Assembly (NCBI GenBank): GCA_963785725.1
Contig: CAWAWS010000020.1
Location: forward strand, 192,001-256,000
Reading direction: 5' to 3'
Origin: an uncultured delta proteobacterium
GTDB lineage: Bacteria > Myxococcota_A > Polyangia > Palsa-1104
Length of the DNA stretch: 64,000 nucleotides
The position numbers were made by a program, and so were the translations under genes. Below the pieces are notes generated by a model that saw only the letters and a list, made by a program, of their open reading frames with translations, searched no databases and was not told the DNA's origin. Positions 22,490 through 31,548 of the stretch are shown piece after piece; within the stretch, counting starts at the first letter, position 1, and each line of letters begins with the position of its first letter.

Positions 22490-24244
22490 CTACTCCGGCT
22501 GCGGCGGCGGCTGATGCCCGTTCTTCGGCAGCAGCGTGATGCTGTGGATGTACTGCTGGAACAACAGGTTCGACGGTGAAGCCTGCGTCGTGCCCAAGCT
22601 GATGCTGAAGTAGCCCTTGCTCTCGCTCTTCAGACCAATGTAACCGGCCTTCGAGCCTTCGGCGCCATTGACCGTGTGGTAGCCGCCGCCACCGCCGCCC
22701 TTCGCCGGCTTGGCCGGCTTGGTCGGCTTGTTGCCGGGCTTCGGTTTCGGCTTCTTCCCACCAGCGCCGCCACCGCTGCTGGAACCCTCGGCCGGATCCG
22801 ACGATCCGCTGTTCGAGCCTTTGTAGACCTCGTTGATGACCGCGGTCGCCGAGCCGCTGTCGCCGAGGACGGTATTCTTTGGGTTGAAGAGCACGTCGCC
22901 GGCGCCCGGCTTGAGCGTGATCTGAACGATCGTCTCGGTGTCCGAGTCCTTGGCGTAGTCCTTCGCCTGGTTGTAGTCGCCGAGGTGAGCGCCGATGGGA
23001 ATGATGCCGGGCGCACCGTTGCTCTTGATCTGCTTGCTGATATCGGACGATCCGAGCCGGCCGCCGCCGCTGGCGACGAGGTTGTCGACGTCCTTGCGCG
23101 CATCGCTGTCGAACCAGTCCTTGATCGCTTGCGCCTCGCTGTCCTTCATCCCGCGATAGACGCTGATCTGCGTCGGATTGGACTGCCCGGCCTTCGCGAT
23201 ATCCGACAGCAACCCCGGCCCGCCCTGCACGACGTCTTGCAGCGTGCGGTTTGGCGGCGGCGACTTGTTGTCTTTTCCCTTCCAGTAGGCCGTGCCTTGG
23301 GTCGACGTGAAGATCTTCGTTCCGTTATTCTTGTCCTGATCCTTGAGCTGCTGCTCCCAGAAGCTCTGCGAGAACACCTCGTCGCCGCGGTCGGGGGTCG
23401 CGCTCGAGCTGCCTTCGCCACTGCCCGAGCCCGAGGCCGAGCCCGAGCTCGTGCTGATCGATGGGCCGCCGTGGTCGTCGCCCAAGCCCGGCGTAGCGGC
23501 GGTGCAAGGATCCGAGTTGTGCGCCCAGACCGCGAGGCGGCCGACGAAGTACGTGTGCGTCCCTTCGACCGCGAAGTTGTAGACCGGAACGTCGGCCGCC
23601 AGCGACTCGCCGTCGACGAGATCGAGCTGCTCGCCCGCCGCATCGAGCAGATGATCGCGACCGGGCACCAGCTCCGCGGCCACGACCCAGCCGCGCTCCA
23701 AGCTCTGCAGCGGATGATCGGGCGTCGCCACGAGCGTGTCGGTCGCGCCGACCGAGTTGACGATCGTCAGCCGCACGAGCGCATGCACCCGATGCACGAC
23801 CGTGCGCAAGACCGGCCGCCACTCTTGCTCGCCGCCGAATTGATCGCGCGTCAGGACGACCGTGCCCGTCGTGATCGTCTCAATAGGGCGTAAGCCGTCT
23901 TCGGTCATGATCGGCGTGCCGGCGACGAAGCAGCCGGGCGTGCCGTCGGGGTTCTTGACCTTGCAGGCGTTGCAGTTGATGGTCGCCGTCGGGCCGTTGG
24001 GCCCGTTGCCGCTCCCGCTGCCGTTGCCGCTCGGGCCGTTTTGCGCGAGCGCGGCGCCGTCGTCGCAGGCGTTGACCTCTTTGCCGTCGAGGTCGAGCGC
24101 CGTCGTGGCGATGCCCATGCGACAACGAATCTGCTTGCCGAACGCGCGATAGCCGATGATCGCCGTCATCGCGACGAAGATCATCGCGATGACGTATTCG
24201 ATGCCCGAAGATCCGCGGATTCGTCTGCTCGTTGGTTTCGCCAT
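22490..24244 (-). CDS. Flp/Tad prepilin-like N-terminus + Hint domain + toxin-like C-terminal domain
   Basis: RGSSGIEY plus hydrophobic helix; CFVAGT...TPDHP...VYNFAVEGTHTYFVG...AHNS. Confidence 0.85.
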   Translation of the reverse strand: MAKPTSRRIRGSSGIEYVIAMIFVAMTAIIGYRAFGKQIRCRMGIATTALDLDGKEVNACDDGAALAQNGPSGNGSGSGNGPNGPTATINCNACKVKNPDGTPGCFVAGTPIMTEDGLRPIETITTGTVVLTRDQFGGEQEWRPVLRTVVHRVHALVRLTIVNSVGATDTLVATPDHPLQSLERGWVVAAELVPGRDHLLDAAGEQLDLVDGESLAADVPVYNFAVEGTHTYFVGRLAVWAHNSDPCTAATPGLGDDHGGPSISTSSGSASGSGSGEGSSSATPDRGDEVFSQSFWEQQLKDQDKNNGTKIFTSTQGTAYWKGKDNKSPPPNRTLQDVVQGGPGLLSDIAKAGQSNPTQISVYRGMKDSEAQAIKDWFDSDARKDVDNLVASGGGRLGSSDISKQIKSNGAPGIIPIGAHLGDYNQAKDYAKDSDTETIVQITLKPGAGDVLFNPKNTVLGDSGSATAVINEVYKGSNSGSSDPAEGSSSGGGAGGKKPKPKPGNKPTKPAKPAKGGGGGGYHTVNGAEGSKAGYIGLKSESKGYFSISLGTTQASPSNLLFQQYIHSITLLPKNGHQPPPQPE

Positions 24245-24267
24245 GTGAGGCTCGGCCGGACTCCAAC

Positions 24268-24283
24268 AGCAAGCCCTGTGCCC
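24268..24283 (-). promoter_or_regulatory. sigma-54 -24/-12 promoter of the pilin-Hint gene
   Basis: GGGCACAGGGCTTGCT (GG-N10-GC). Confidence 0.7.
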
Positions 24284-24382
24284 TTTCATTCGCATGCTGA
24301 TTCGACAGCTTACACTCGCGATCACGACCGCGCGGGGTCTCTTCCCCCAACCGCGGCTGGGGCTGGCAGTCTCGGGGTCCGA

Positions 24383-25468
24383 TCAGCAGCTCAAGTTGGA
24401 GCCGGGGTCGACGCCGAGCATGTTGCAGAACGTCTGATAGTGCGTGACGCGGTCTTGCACTTCGGTCGGGTTGCCGCCGTTGCATTCGATGGAGCCGTTG
24501 ATCGTCTGGATGGTCGCGCCGAAGCCATCGCCGTTGACGATCGCGTCGTGGCAGATGTACTGACCGGCGCCCGTCGACGTCATCCAATACCAAAGGCCGG
24601 TCTGCCAGGCGACGGTGGCGTCTTGCGCGACCAGATCGGGGTTGGCTTGCAGCGGCAGGTTGAGCGCCTTGCCGACGGCGCAGTAGTTGAAGTTCCAGCT
24701 GATCTGCAAGGGACCGCGGCCGTAATACTGCTTGCCGGCGGCGCACGGGCAGTCGCTCGACGATTGGCAGTAGTCGCCTTTGACGATCTCCTCGACGTAG
24801 ACGAGCTCGCCGGTCTCGTGGGCGACGTTGGCCAAGAAGGCGGCGACCTCGCGCTTCTGCACGTCGGAGCTACCGCTGGTGGCGAACGCGGGATAGCTGG
24901 CGGTGGCGTTCACGAGCCCCTGGTACGTGTAGAAGCTGTTGCGGTTGGGGAACATCTGGTCGAACTGCGACTCGCTCAAGATCGCGGCCAAGCCGCTGCC
25001 AACGGGCGTTCCGCCGCCGCCGGCGCTGCCACCGCCACCGGCGCTGCCGCCGCCGCCGCCGGCGCTGCCACCGCCGCCGCCGTTGCCGGTCGGCGCGCAA
25101 GTGTACGGGCTCCAGTACCACGTGCTGATCGTCGGATCGTAGCCGGGGTTGTCGTGCGTCGCTTGGTAGTCGTTGCCGTTCGAGTACGTGACGATGTCGC
25201 CGGTCTTGTAGGCTTGGCCGGCGACCCACGGCAGGGCGCCGCACGCGTCGGGGCCGGTCGTCGTGCCGCCACCGCCGGCCGTCCCGCCGCCGCCGGCGCT
25301 GCCACCGCCGCCGCCGTTCGACGTCGTGCCGCCACCGCCGCCGTTCGACGTCGTGCCGCCACCGCCGCCGTTCGACGTGCTGCCGCCGCCCGCTGCCATC
25401 TTGATGTTGGACGGGCCGCCACAGCCGGCGGCGATGAAGACGAGGCAGGCGAGCACGGACTTAGTCAT
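24383..25468 (-). CDS. GH19 chitinase lipoprotein with one CBM5/12 domain
   Basis: Lipobox AAGC; AAFLANVAHET, YYGRGPLQISWNFNY, INGSIEC. Confidence 0.93.
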   Translation of the reverse strand: MTKSVLACLVFIAAGCGGPSNIKMAAGGGSTSNGGGGGTTSNGGGGGTTSNGGGGGSAGGGGTAGGGGTTTGPDACGALPWVAGQAYKTGDIVTYSNGNDYQATHDNPGYDPTISTWYWSPYTCAPTGNGGGGGSAGGGGGSAGGGGSAGGGGTPVGSGLAAILSESQFDQMFPNRNSFYTYQGLVNATASYPAFATSGSSDVQKREVAAFLANVAHETGELVYVEEIVKGDYCQSSSDCPCAAGKQYYGRGPLQISWNFNYCAVGKALNLPLQANPDLVAQDATVAWQTGLWYWMTSTGAGQYICHDAIVNGDGFGATIQTINGSIECNGGNPTEVQDRVTHYQTFCNMLGVDPGSNLSC

Positions 25469-25480
25469 GCCGCGCCTCAT

Positions 25481-25496
25481 CGCAAGCGCGATGCCG
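25481..25496 (-). promoter_or_regulatory. sigma-54 promoter of chitinase 1
   Basis: CGGCATCGCGCTTGCG (GG-N10-GC). Confidence 0.7.
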
Positions 25497-25569
25497 AGCC
25501 CGATCGATCGCGATGATTGGGAAATGACAGGATTTGCGGCGTGGGTGACTGGAGTCGCGAGAGCCCGGG

Positions 25570-25590
25570 CGTCCATTGCCGGTTGACGTC
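25570..25590. promoter_or_regulatory. putative enhancer (bEBP) site of chitinase 1
   Basis: CGTCCATTGCCGGTTGACGTC, 20/21 identical to 27128-27148 at the same offset from the ATG. Confidence 0.65.
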
Positions 25591-25658
25591 CGGCCGGCTC
25601 CTCGCCCGGGCGAGCCGTCGACGAGGGTCGACGGGCCCGCCCGGTTGCCGTGCCGGAG

Positions 25659-27026
25659 CTAGCAGCTGATGTTGGAGCCGGGGTCGACGCCGAGCATCGA
25701 GCAGAACTTCTGGTAGTACTGCACGCGATCCGAGACTTCGCCGGGGTTGCCGCCGTTGCACTCGATGGAGCCGTTGATCGTCTGGATGGTCGCGCCGAAG
25801 CCCGAGCCGTTGACGATGGCGTTGTGGCACGTCTGGCTGCCCGCGCCCGTCGACGTCATCCAGTACCAAAGCGCCGTCTGCCAGGCGACCGTCGCGTTGG
25901 TCGAGACGAGGTTGGGGTTGGCGAGGAGCGGCAGGTTGAGCGCCGCGCCGGCCGCGCCGTAGTTGAAGTTCCAGCTGATCTGCAAGGGACCGCGGCCGAA
26001 GTACTCCTGGCCCGCCGCGCACTGGTACGAGCTCGACGTGTCGCAGTAGACGCCCTGCACGATTTCGTCGATGTAGACGAGGCCGGCCGTCTCGTGGGCG
26101 ACGTTGGCGAGGAGCGCGGCCACTTCGCGCTTCTGCACGTCGGAGGCGCCGCTGGTGGCGAACGCGGCGTAGCTGGCGGTGGCGCTGACGAGCCCTTGGT
26201 ACGTGTAGAACGAGTTGCGGCTCGGGAACATGGCGTCGAACTGCGACTCGCTCAAGATGGCCGCGAGACCGCTGCCGCCGCTGGTCGTGCCGCCGCCGCT
26301 CGTCGTGCCGCCGCCGCTCGTCGTGCCGCCGCCGCTGCACGCGTACGGGCTCCAGAACCACGTGCTGATGGTCGGGTCGTAGCCGGGGTTGGCGTTGGTC
26401 GCGATGTACTCGTTGCCGTTCGTATAGGTCACGATGCTGCCGACGTTGTAGTACGTGCCCGCCACCCACGCCGGCGCGTTGCAGCTGCCGCCGCTCGTCG
26501 TGCCGCCACCGCTCGTCGTGCCGCCGCCGCTGCACGCGTACGGGCTCCAGAACCACGTGCTGATGGTCGGGTCGTAGCCGGGGTTGGCGTTGGTCGCGAT
26601 GTACTCGTTGCCGTTCGTATAGGTCACGATGCTGCCGACGTTGTAGTACGTGCCCGCCACCCACGCCGGCGCGTTGCAGCTGCCGCCGCTCGTCGTGCCG
26701 CCGCCGCCCGACGTCGTGCCGCCGCCGCCCGACGTCGTGCCGCCGCCCGACGTCGTGCCGCCGCCGCTCGAGCAGGTCACCGCCGTCCACAGCGACGCGA
26801 CCGCGTCGGGCGTCCAGTTCGAGAGCGCCGTGTGCGCCTGCACGCACTGATAGATCGTGCCGTTGTAGCTGACGAGCGCGCCGACCGCGTAGTACGTGCC
26901 GGACGCCCAAGCCGGCACCGTGGCCGGGCAGGAGACGGCGGAGCTAGCGCTGCTCTCGCCGGAAGTTTGCGCCATGCCGCCACAGCCGGCGACGACGAGG
27001 ATGCATGCGAGCAGTGTCTTGGACAT
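25659..27026 (-). CDS. GH19 chitinase lipoprotein with three CBM5/12 domains
   Basis: Lipobox VAGC; three AW..GTYY.VG modules; VAHET, FGRGPLQISWNFNY. Confidence 0.93.
   Translation of the reverse strand: MSKTLLACILVVAGCGGMAQTSGESSASSAVSCPATVPAWASGTYYAVGALVSYNGTIYQCVQAHTALSNWTPDAVASLWTAVTCSSGGGTTSGGGTTSGGGGTTSGGGGTTSGGSCNAPAWVAGTYYNVGSIVTYTNGNEYIATNANPGYDPTISTWFWSPYACSGGGTTSGGGTTSGGSCNAPAWVAGTYYNVGSIVTYTNGNEYIATNANPGYDPTISTWFWSPYACSGGGTTSGGGTTSGGGTTSGGSGLAAILSESQFDAMFPSRNSFYTYQGLVSATASYAAFATSGASDVQKREVAALLANVAHETAGLVYIDEIVQGVYCDTSSSYQCAAGQEYFGRGPLQISWNFNYGAAGAALNLPLLANPNLVSTNATVAWQTALWYWMTSTGAGSQTCHNAIVNGSGFGATIQTINGSIECNGGNPGEVSDRVQYYQKFCSMLGVDPGSNISC
26314..26702. repeat. 195-bp tandem duplication (CBM + linker)
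   Basis: Two nucleotide-identical copies, period 195 bp (65 aa). Confidence 0.9.
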
Positions 27027-27038
27027 GCCGCGCCTCAT

Positions 27039-27054
27039 CGCAAGCGCAATGCCG
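27039..27054 (-). promoter_or_regulatory. sigma-54 promoter of chitinase 2
   Basis: CGGCATTGCGCTTGCG (GG-N10-GC). Confidence 0.7.
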
Positions 27055-27127
27055 GACCGCTCACGAGCGCGACCGCACGGCGGGCAACGACTTCGCGGAA
27101 TCGGCCCTGGGGCGGCGCGACCCACCA

Positions 27128-27148
27128 CGTCCATTGCGGGTTGACGTC
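27128..27148. promoter_or_regulatory. putative enhancer (bEBP) site of chitinase 2
   Basis: CGTCCATTGCGGGTTGACGTC. Confidence 0.65.
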
Positions 27149-27249
27149 TCGCGTCGGAGACAACGATTTATCGCTGTTTCGACCGCCATTTAGCGCGTAA
27201 ACGCGGTCCCCTTGCCGCTAGTCGGATCGCGTGGTGCAATGGCCGTCCG

Positions 27250-29319
27250 TTGGCGCGCGTGCCTACCCATGTTCGCGAAGTGCTGCGACTGTCGGCGGCG
27301 CGGCCGGCGCTGGCGTTGGGCGCGCGCACGGCGCTGGCCACGGTGCTGCCGCTCTTCTTGTCGTCCGTCATCGGCGACGCCGCGGCGACGTGGGCGAGCT
27401 TGACCGGCTTCTCGGTGGCGCTGGCCGACAAAGGCGGCGCCTATCCGACGCGCTTTGCGACGATGAGCGCGGTGACCCTCTTCGGCGCGGCGGCAGCGCT
27501 GGCCGGCTCGCTCGTCGGCGCGCACGCGATCGGCGCCGTCGCGGCGATGGCGCTGGTCACCGCGCTGTGCGGCTTCGCCGGCGTGTGGGGACCGGCGGCG
27601 GCGGGCACGGGCTCGACCGTCGCCGTCATGTTCGCCGTCGCCGTCGCGTGGCCGTTGGCGACGGTCGATCTGGCGCTGGCGCGCGCCGTGGCCGTCCTCG
27701 GCGGCGGCGCGTGGGCGACGGTGCTCGCCATCGTCTTCTGGCCCGTGCGCGTCTACAAGCCGGCGCGTTATGCCGTCGCCCACGCGTTCCGCTTGCTCGC
27801 CGATCAGGTCAACACGCGCACCGGACCGGACGGCCACGGCCCGCTGCGCGACGCCATCGAGAACGCGCGCGCGGTGCTGGCGGCGACGCGACGCGGCCGA
27901 CGCGGCGAGAGCGGGCGCGGCGAGCGGCTCCTCGTGCTGTCGCAAATCTCCGATCTGGTGTTCGGCTCGCTGGTCGCCATCGAAGACGTGCTCGACATGG
28001 GCGACGCCGAGCTCAACGCCGCCATCACGCGCGAATTGACGGCGATGAGCGCGACGCTGCTCGAGCTGGCGCGCGACATCGAGACCGAAGCGCGCGTCCG
28101 AAAGCCGGCGCCGCTGTCGTGGGGCGGCGAGCGCCTGCGGCAGCTGGCGACGGAGATGCCGACGGCGCGCCGCGTTCAGGTCGAGCACGCGGCGGCCATC
28201 GTGAGCAACCTCGCCAGCCTCGTGACGATGGCCCGCGAGCTGACGGCGACGCTGCACGACGACGCCGCGCCCACGCCGACCTCGCCGCTCGTGCCCGGGC
28301 CGATGCCGCCGCGCCCGTCGCTGTGGGAGCCGCTGCGCGAGAACCTCGACTGGGACTCGCCGCTGTTGCGCCACGCGGCGCGGCTGGCGCTCTTGAGCGC
28401 GACGGCGGTGCTCTTGGCGCGCTGGCTCGGGCTGGCGCGCGGCTACTGGGTGACGCTGACCGTCATCATCCTCTTACAGCCCTACTCGCCGGCGACGGTG
28501 ACCAAGGCGCTGCAGCGCGTGTCCGGCACCGTCGCCGGCGGCATCTTGGCCGCGCTCTTGGGCTCGGTGGTGCACGACGCGCACGGCATTTTGGCGCTGG
28601 CGTTCATCTTGTCGGCGCTGAGCGCGGCGGTGCTGCAGATCAACTACGCGCTCTACTCGCTGCTGTTGACGCCGACGTTCGTGCTCTTGGCCGAGGTGCA
28701 CGCCAACGACTGGAGCTTGGCGCGCCTGCGCATCATGAACACGATCATTGGCGGCGTGCTGGCGTTCATCGGCGCCTCCCTGTGGCCGAGCCGCGAGCGC
28801 ACGCGCTTCGCCGAGTCGCTGGCCGCGGCGCTGGAGGCGACGCGCGACTACTTCGCCTGCGTCATGGCGGTCGTGGCCGGCGCCAATCCGTCGCCGTCGC
28901 CGCGGCTCAACGCCGCGCGTCGCCGCTTCGGCCTGCGCTGCAACGAAGCCGACGGCTCCTTGCAGCGGCTGCTCGCCGAGAGCCACGCGCGCCCGGAGGC
29001 GATCGAGCCGCTCATGACGCTGGTGCTCTACGTGCGCCGCTTCGGCGCGTCGATGGGCGCGCTGGCGTCGGCGCGCGCGATGCTGCCGCCGACGACGTTG
29101 GCGCGCACGGGGCCGCTGGTGGCGCCGATTCAGCGCGCGCTCGAGGACCTGCAGGACGCGGTCGTGCACGCGCGCCGGCCGGCGCCGCTGCAGCTACCGC
29201 CCATCGACGTCGACGATCCGCTCGTGGCCGCGCGCGCCCAGCGCTTCGTGCAGCAGCTGTCGATTCTGCACGGCGCCGTCGAGCGCTGGCGCCGCGAGGA
29301 CAGTGGCAACCGCCAGTAG
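27250..29319 (+). CDS. FUSC family (YccS/YhfK-like) membrane protein
   Basis: Two TM clusters; RHAARL, RGYWVTLTVIILLQP, QRVSGTVAG, RIMNTIIG. Confidence 0.88.
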   Translation: MARVPTHVREVLRLSAARPALALGARTALATVLPLFLSSVIGDAAATWASLTGFSVALADKGGAYPTRFATMSAVTLFGAAAALAGSLVGAHAIGAVAAMALVTALCGFAGVWGPAAAGTGSTVAVMFAVAVAWPLATVDLALARAVAVLGGGAWATVLAIVFWPVRVYKPARYAVAHAFRLLADQVNTRTGPDGHGPLRDAIENARAVLAATRRGRRGESGRGERLLVLSQISDLVFGSLVAIEDVLDMGDAELNAAITRELTAMSATLLELARDIETEARVRKPAPLSWGGERLRQLATEMPTARRVQVEHAAAIVSNLASLVTMARELTATLHDDAAPTPTSPLVPGPMPPRPSLWEPLRENLDWDSPLLRHAARLALLSATAVLLARWLGLARGYWVTLTVIILLQPYSPATVTKALQRVSGTVAGGILAALLGSVVHDAHGILALAFILSALSAAVLQINYALYSLLLTPTFVLLAEVHANDWSLARLRIMNTIIGGVLAFIGASLWPSRERTRFAESLAAALEATRDYFACVMAVVAGANPSPSPRLNAARRRFGLRCNEADGSLQRLLAESHARPEAIEPLMTLVLYVRRFGASMGALASARAMLPPTTLARTGPLVAPIQRALEDLQDAVVHARRPAPLQLPPIDVDDPLVAARAQRFVQQLSILHGAVERWRREDSGNRQ

Positions 29320-29423
29320 ACACCGGGTTTCACGCTGGGGCCCACGCACCCCGGCCTCATAATTCAACTAGCTGATATCAGGACGTTTAGACGTTGGCTT
29401 CGCGCTTGTATAGACAGCTCTTC

Positions 29424-30731
29424 GTGAATCGTCTCCTCGTTCTATCCTTGTTCGTTTTCGGCGGCTGCATCGGCAGCGCGGCTCCCAACGGCGCGGCCGG
29501 TGGCAACAGCTACGCCGGCGGCGGCGGCTCCGCCGGTTCCGGCGGTGGCTCGGCCGGTGGCGCGGCAGGCGGTGCTGCAGGCGGCGGCGGCGCGGCTGGC
29601 GGTTCGGCGGGCGGCGGCGGCACGACGACGGACGACGGCGGCGCGCCGTCATCGGGCGGCGCCGACATGACGCTGCCGACGGGCACGCCGTTCTTGTACG
29701 TCGGCGGCTACGCGAACCAGATCTCGATCTACACGTTTGACGACACGACGGGAAAGCTGACCGCCACGGCGGCTTCACCGGTCGCGTTCGCGGGCTCGCC
29801 GTCGTTCTTGGCCGTCGATCCGCTGCATCGTTATCTTTATGCCGTCGACGAGGACAACAGCCAAGTCGTCGGCTACACCATCGACGCGACGACCGGCGCG
29901 TTGACGGCGGCGGGCGCGCGCGTCGGCTCGGGCGGCTCGGGCCCCGCGTTCTTGTCGGTCGATCGCACGGGCAAGTACGTGCTCGTGCCCAACTACACGA
30001 ACGGCGCCGTGGCGACGTTTCCCATCGGCGCCAACGGCGCGCTCGGCGCGCAGATCGGCTCGGGCGCGCCGGGACAGCTGGCGCACATGATGATCACCGA
30101 CCCGGCCAACAAGTACGCGTTCGTGCCCTGCCTCATGTCGAACTACATCGCGGAGTACACGTTCGACGATACGACCGGGAAGATTGGCGCCAAGCCGGTG
30201 ACGACGTTCGCGCCCGCGCAGCCGGCGGCGGCGGCGCAAGGTCCGCGGCACATCGCCTTCGCGCCCAGCGGCAAGATGGTCTACCTCATCAACGAGACGG
30301 CGAGCACGATGACGTCGTTCACGTATGACCCGACGACGGGCGCGCTCGTGCCGACGCAGACGCTGTCGACGCTGCCGACCGGCGTCGCCAACACCGGCAT
30401 GACCGGCGCCGAGGTGGTCGTGCATCCCAACGGCAAGTGGCTCTACGGCTCCAATCGCGACGCTGCCGGCAAGAACGACAGCATCGCCGTCTTCGACCTC
30501 GATGCGACGGGCAAGATGACCATGGCCACGACCGTCAAATCGGGCGGCGTCGGCCCGCGCAACTTCACCGTCGATCCCACCGGGCAATGGATGATCGTCG
30601 CCAACCAGATGGGCAACAACATCGTCGTCTTCAAGATCGACCCGACGACCGGCATTCCCGCGGCCGTGAACACGCCGACGACGGTGTCGATGCCGTCGTT
30701 CGTCGGCATCGTCAATCTGCCCGGCAGCTAG
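29424..30731 (+). CDS. lactonase family 7-bladed beta-propeller lipoprotein
   Basis: Lipobox FGGC, Gly linker, PSFLA, NY..G, GPRH, LYGSNR, PRNF, VANQ. Confidence 0.88.
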   Translation: MNRLLVLSLFVFGGCIGSAAPNGAAGGNSYAGGGGSAGSGGGSAGGAAGGAAGGGGAAGGSAGGGGTTTDDGGAPSSGGADMTLPTGTPFLYVGGYANQISIYTFDDTTGKLTATAASPVAFAGSPSFLAVDPLHRYLYAVDEDNSQVVGYTIDATTGALTAAGARVGSGGSGPAFLSVDRTGKYVLVPNYTNGAVATFPIGANGALGAQIGSGAPGQLAHMMITDPANKYAFVPCLMSNYIAEYTFDDTTGKIGAKPVTTFAPAQPAAAAQGPRHIAFAPSGKMVYLINETASTMTSFTYDPTTGALVPTQTLSTLPTGVANTGMTGAEVVVHPNGKWLYGSNRDAAGKNDSIAVFDLDATGKMTMATTVKSGGVGPRNFTVDPTGQWMIVANQMGNNIVVFKIDPTTGIPAAVNTPTTVSMPSFVGIVNLPGS

Positions 30732-30840
30732 CGCGCGCGGCGTTAGCGTGCGCGTTTGATGCGCGGGTGCTCTCGCATCGTCGCCGAATGCGCGGGCGTG
30801 TCGTGCTCGGCGGGCGTGCGCTGGATCGCGACTGCCGACG

Positions 30841-31500
30841 CTATTGCCAAGTGACGTCGCAGCGCCATTTGATCGCCGGCACGTCTTTGACGACGCCGTC
30901 TGGCTCGTGCGGCAGGATCGTGCGCGACAAGGGATTCGTCGCGCCGGCCGCGGCCAACACGACGTCGACGTACGCCTCCATCACGCCCGAGAACCACGGC
31001 GCCAACAGCGCCGGCAGGCCGCGACAGCTGAGAATGACGCGCCGCTCGCTCTCCTTTTCGAGCTGCCGCTCGGACGCGAAGTCCATGTACTGCGCCATCA
31101 GCGCCGGCAAACGTTCGACGGCGCTCATCGGCGACACCAGCTTGAGCAGCATCCGATAGACGCCGCCGATATCCTTTTGCGCCTGATAACGCGAGCGAAT
31201 GCGCAAGAACTCGGAATACGTCTTGTGCGATTGGCGCGCGCAGACATAACCGGCGACGACGAGCGGAATGATGTCGTAGAAGCTCGACGGCAGAAACGTC
31301 CGGCGGAAGAACTCGGCCAGCGCGGGATCGCGAAAGCCGCGCAGCATTTCGTCGACGCCGCCCGGCACCTGCTCGGCGACATAGTCGAGGTGACCGCGAT
31401 ACGCTCCGCCCTTGATGCGAAACGGGCCTTCACCAGGCGGATACGGTAGCGGCTTCGATTCGTCGAGCGGCTCGATCGGCGGCATCTGCGAATGCGGCAT
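30841..31500 (-). CDS. hypothetical protein, DUF2378-like
   Basis: RIKG...FLPSSFYD...YRMLLKLVSP pattern resembling the kinase C-terminal domain. Confidence 0.65.
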   Translation of the reverse strand: MPHSQMPPIEPLDESKPLPYPPGEGPFRIKGGAYRGHLDYVAEQVPGGVDEMLRGFRDPALAEFFRRTFLPSSFYDIIPLVVAGYVCARQSHKTYSEFLRIRSRYQAQKDIGGVYRMLLKLVSPMSAVERLPALMAQYMDFASERQLEKESERRVILSCRGLPALLAPWFSGVMEAYVDVVLAAAGATNPLSRTILPHEPDGVVKDVPAIKWRCDVTWQ

Positions 31501-31548
31501 TGCGACGCCTTTCATTCAGGCGCAACGCAAGCGCCCGACGCCGTAATT

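Noticed and set aside
22630..23893. Overlapping ORFs as an immunity gene for the pilin-Hint protein
   Set aside because: They lie inside the gene and have shadow-frame Arg-rich composition
23516..23932. Hint region as a mobile intein
   Set aside because: No homing endonuclease and the host is not a conserved housekeeping protein; fits pretoxin/BIL-type Hint
25000..26770. GGGTTS/GGGSA short repeats as a CRISPR array
   Set aside because: In-frame Gly-rich linker coding; no unique spacers and no cas genes
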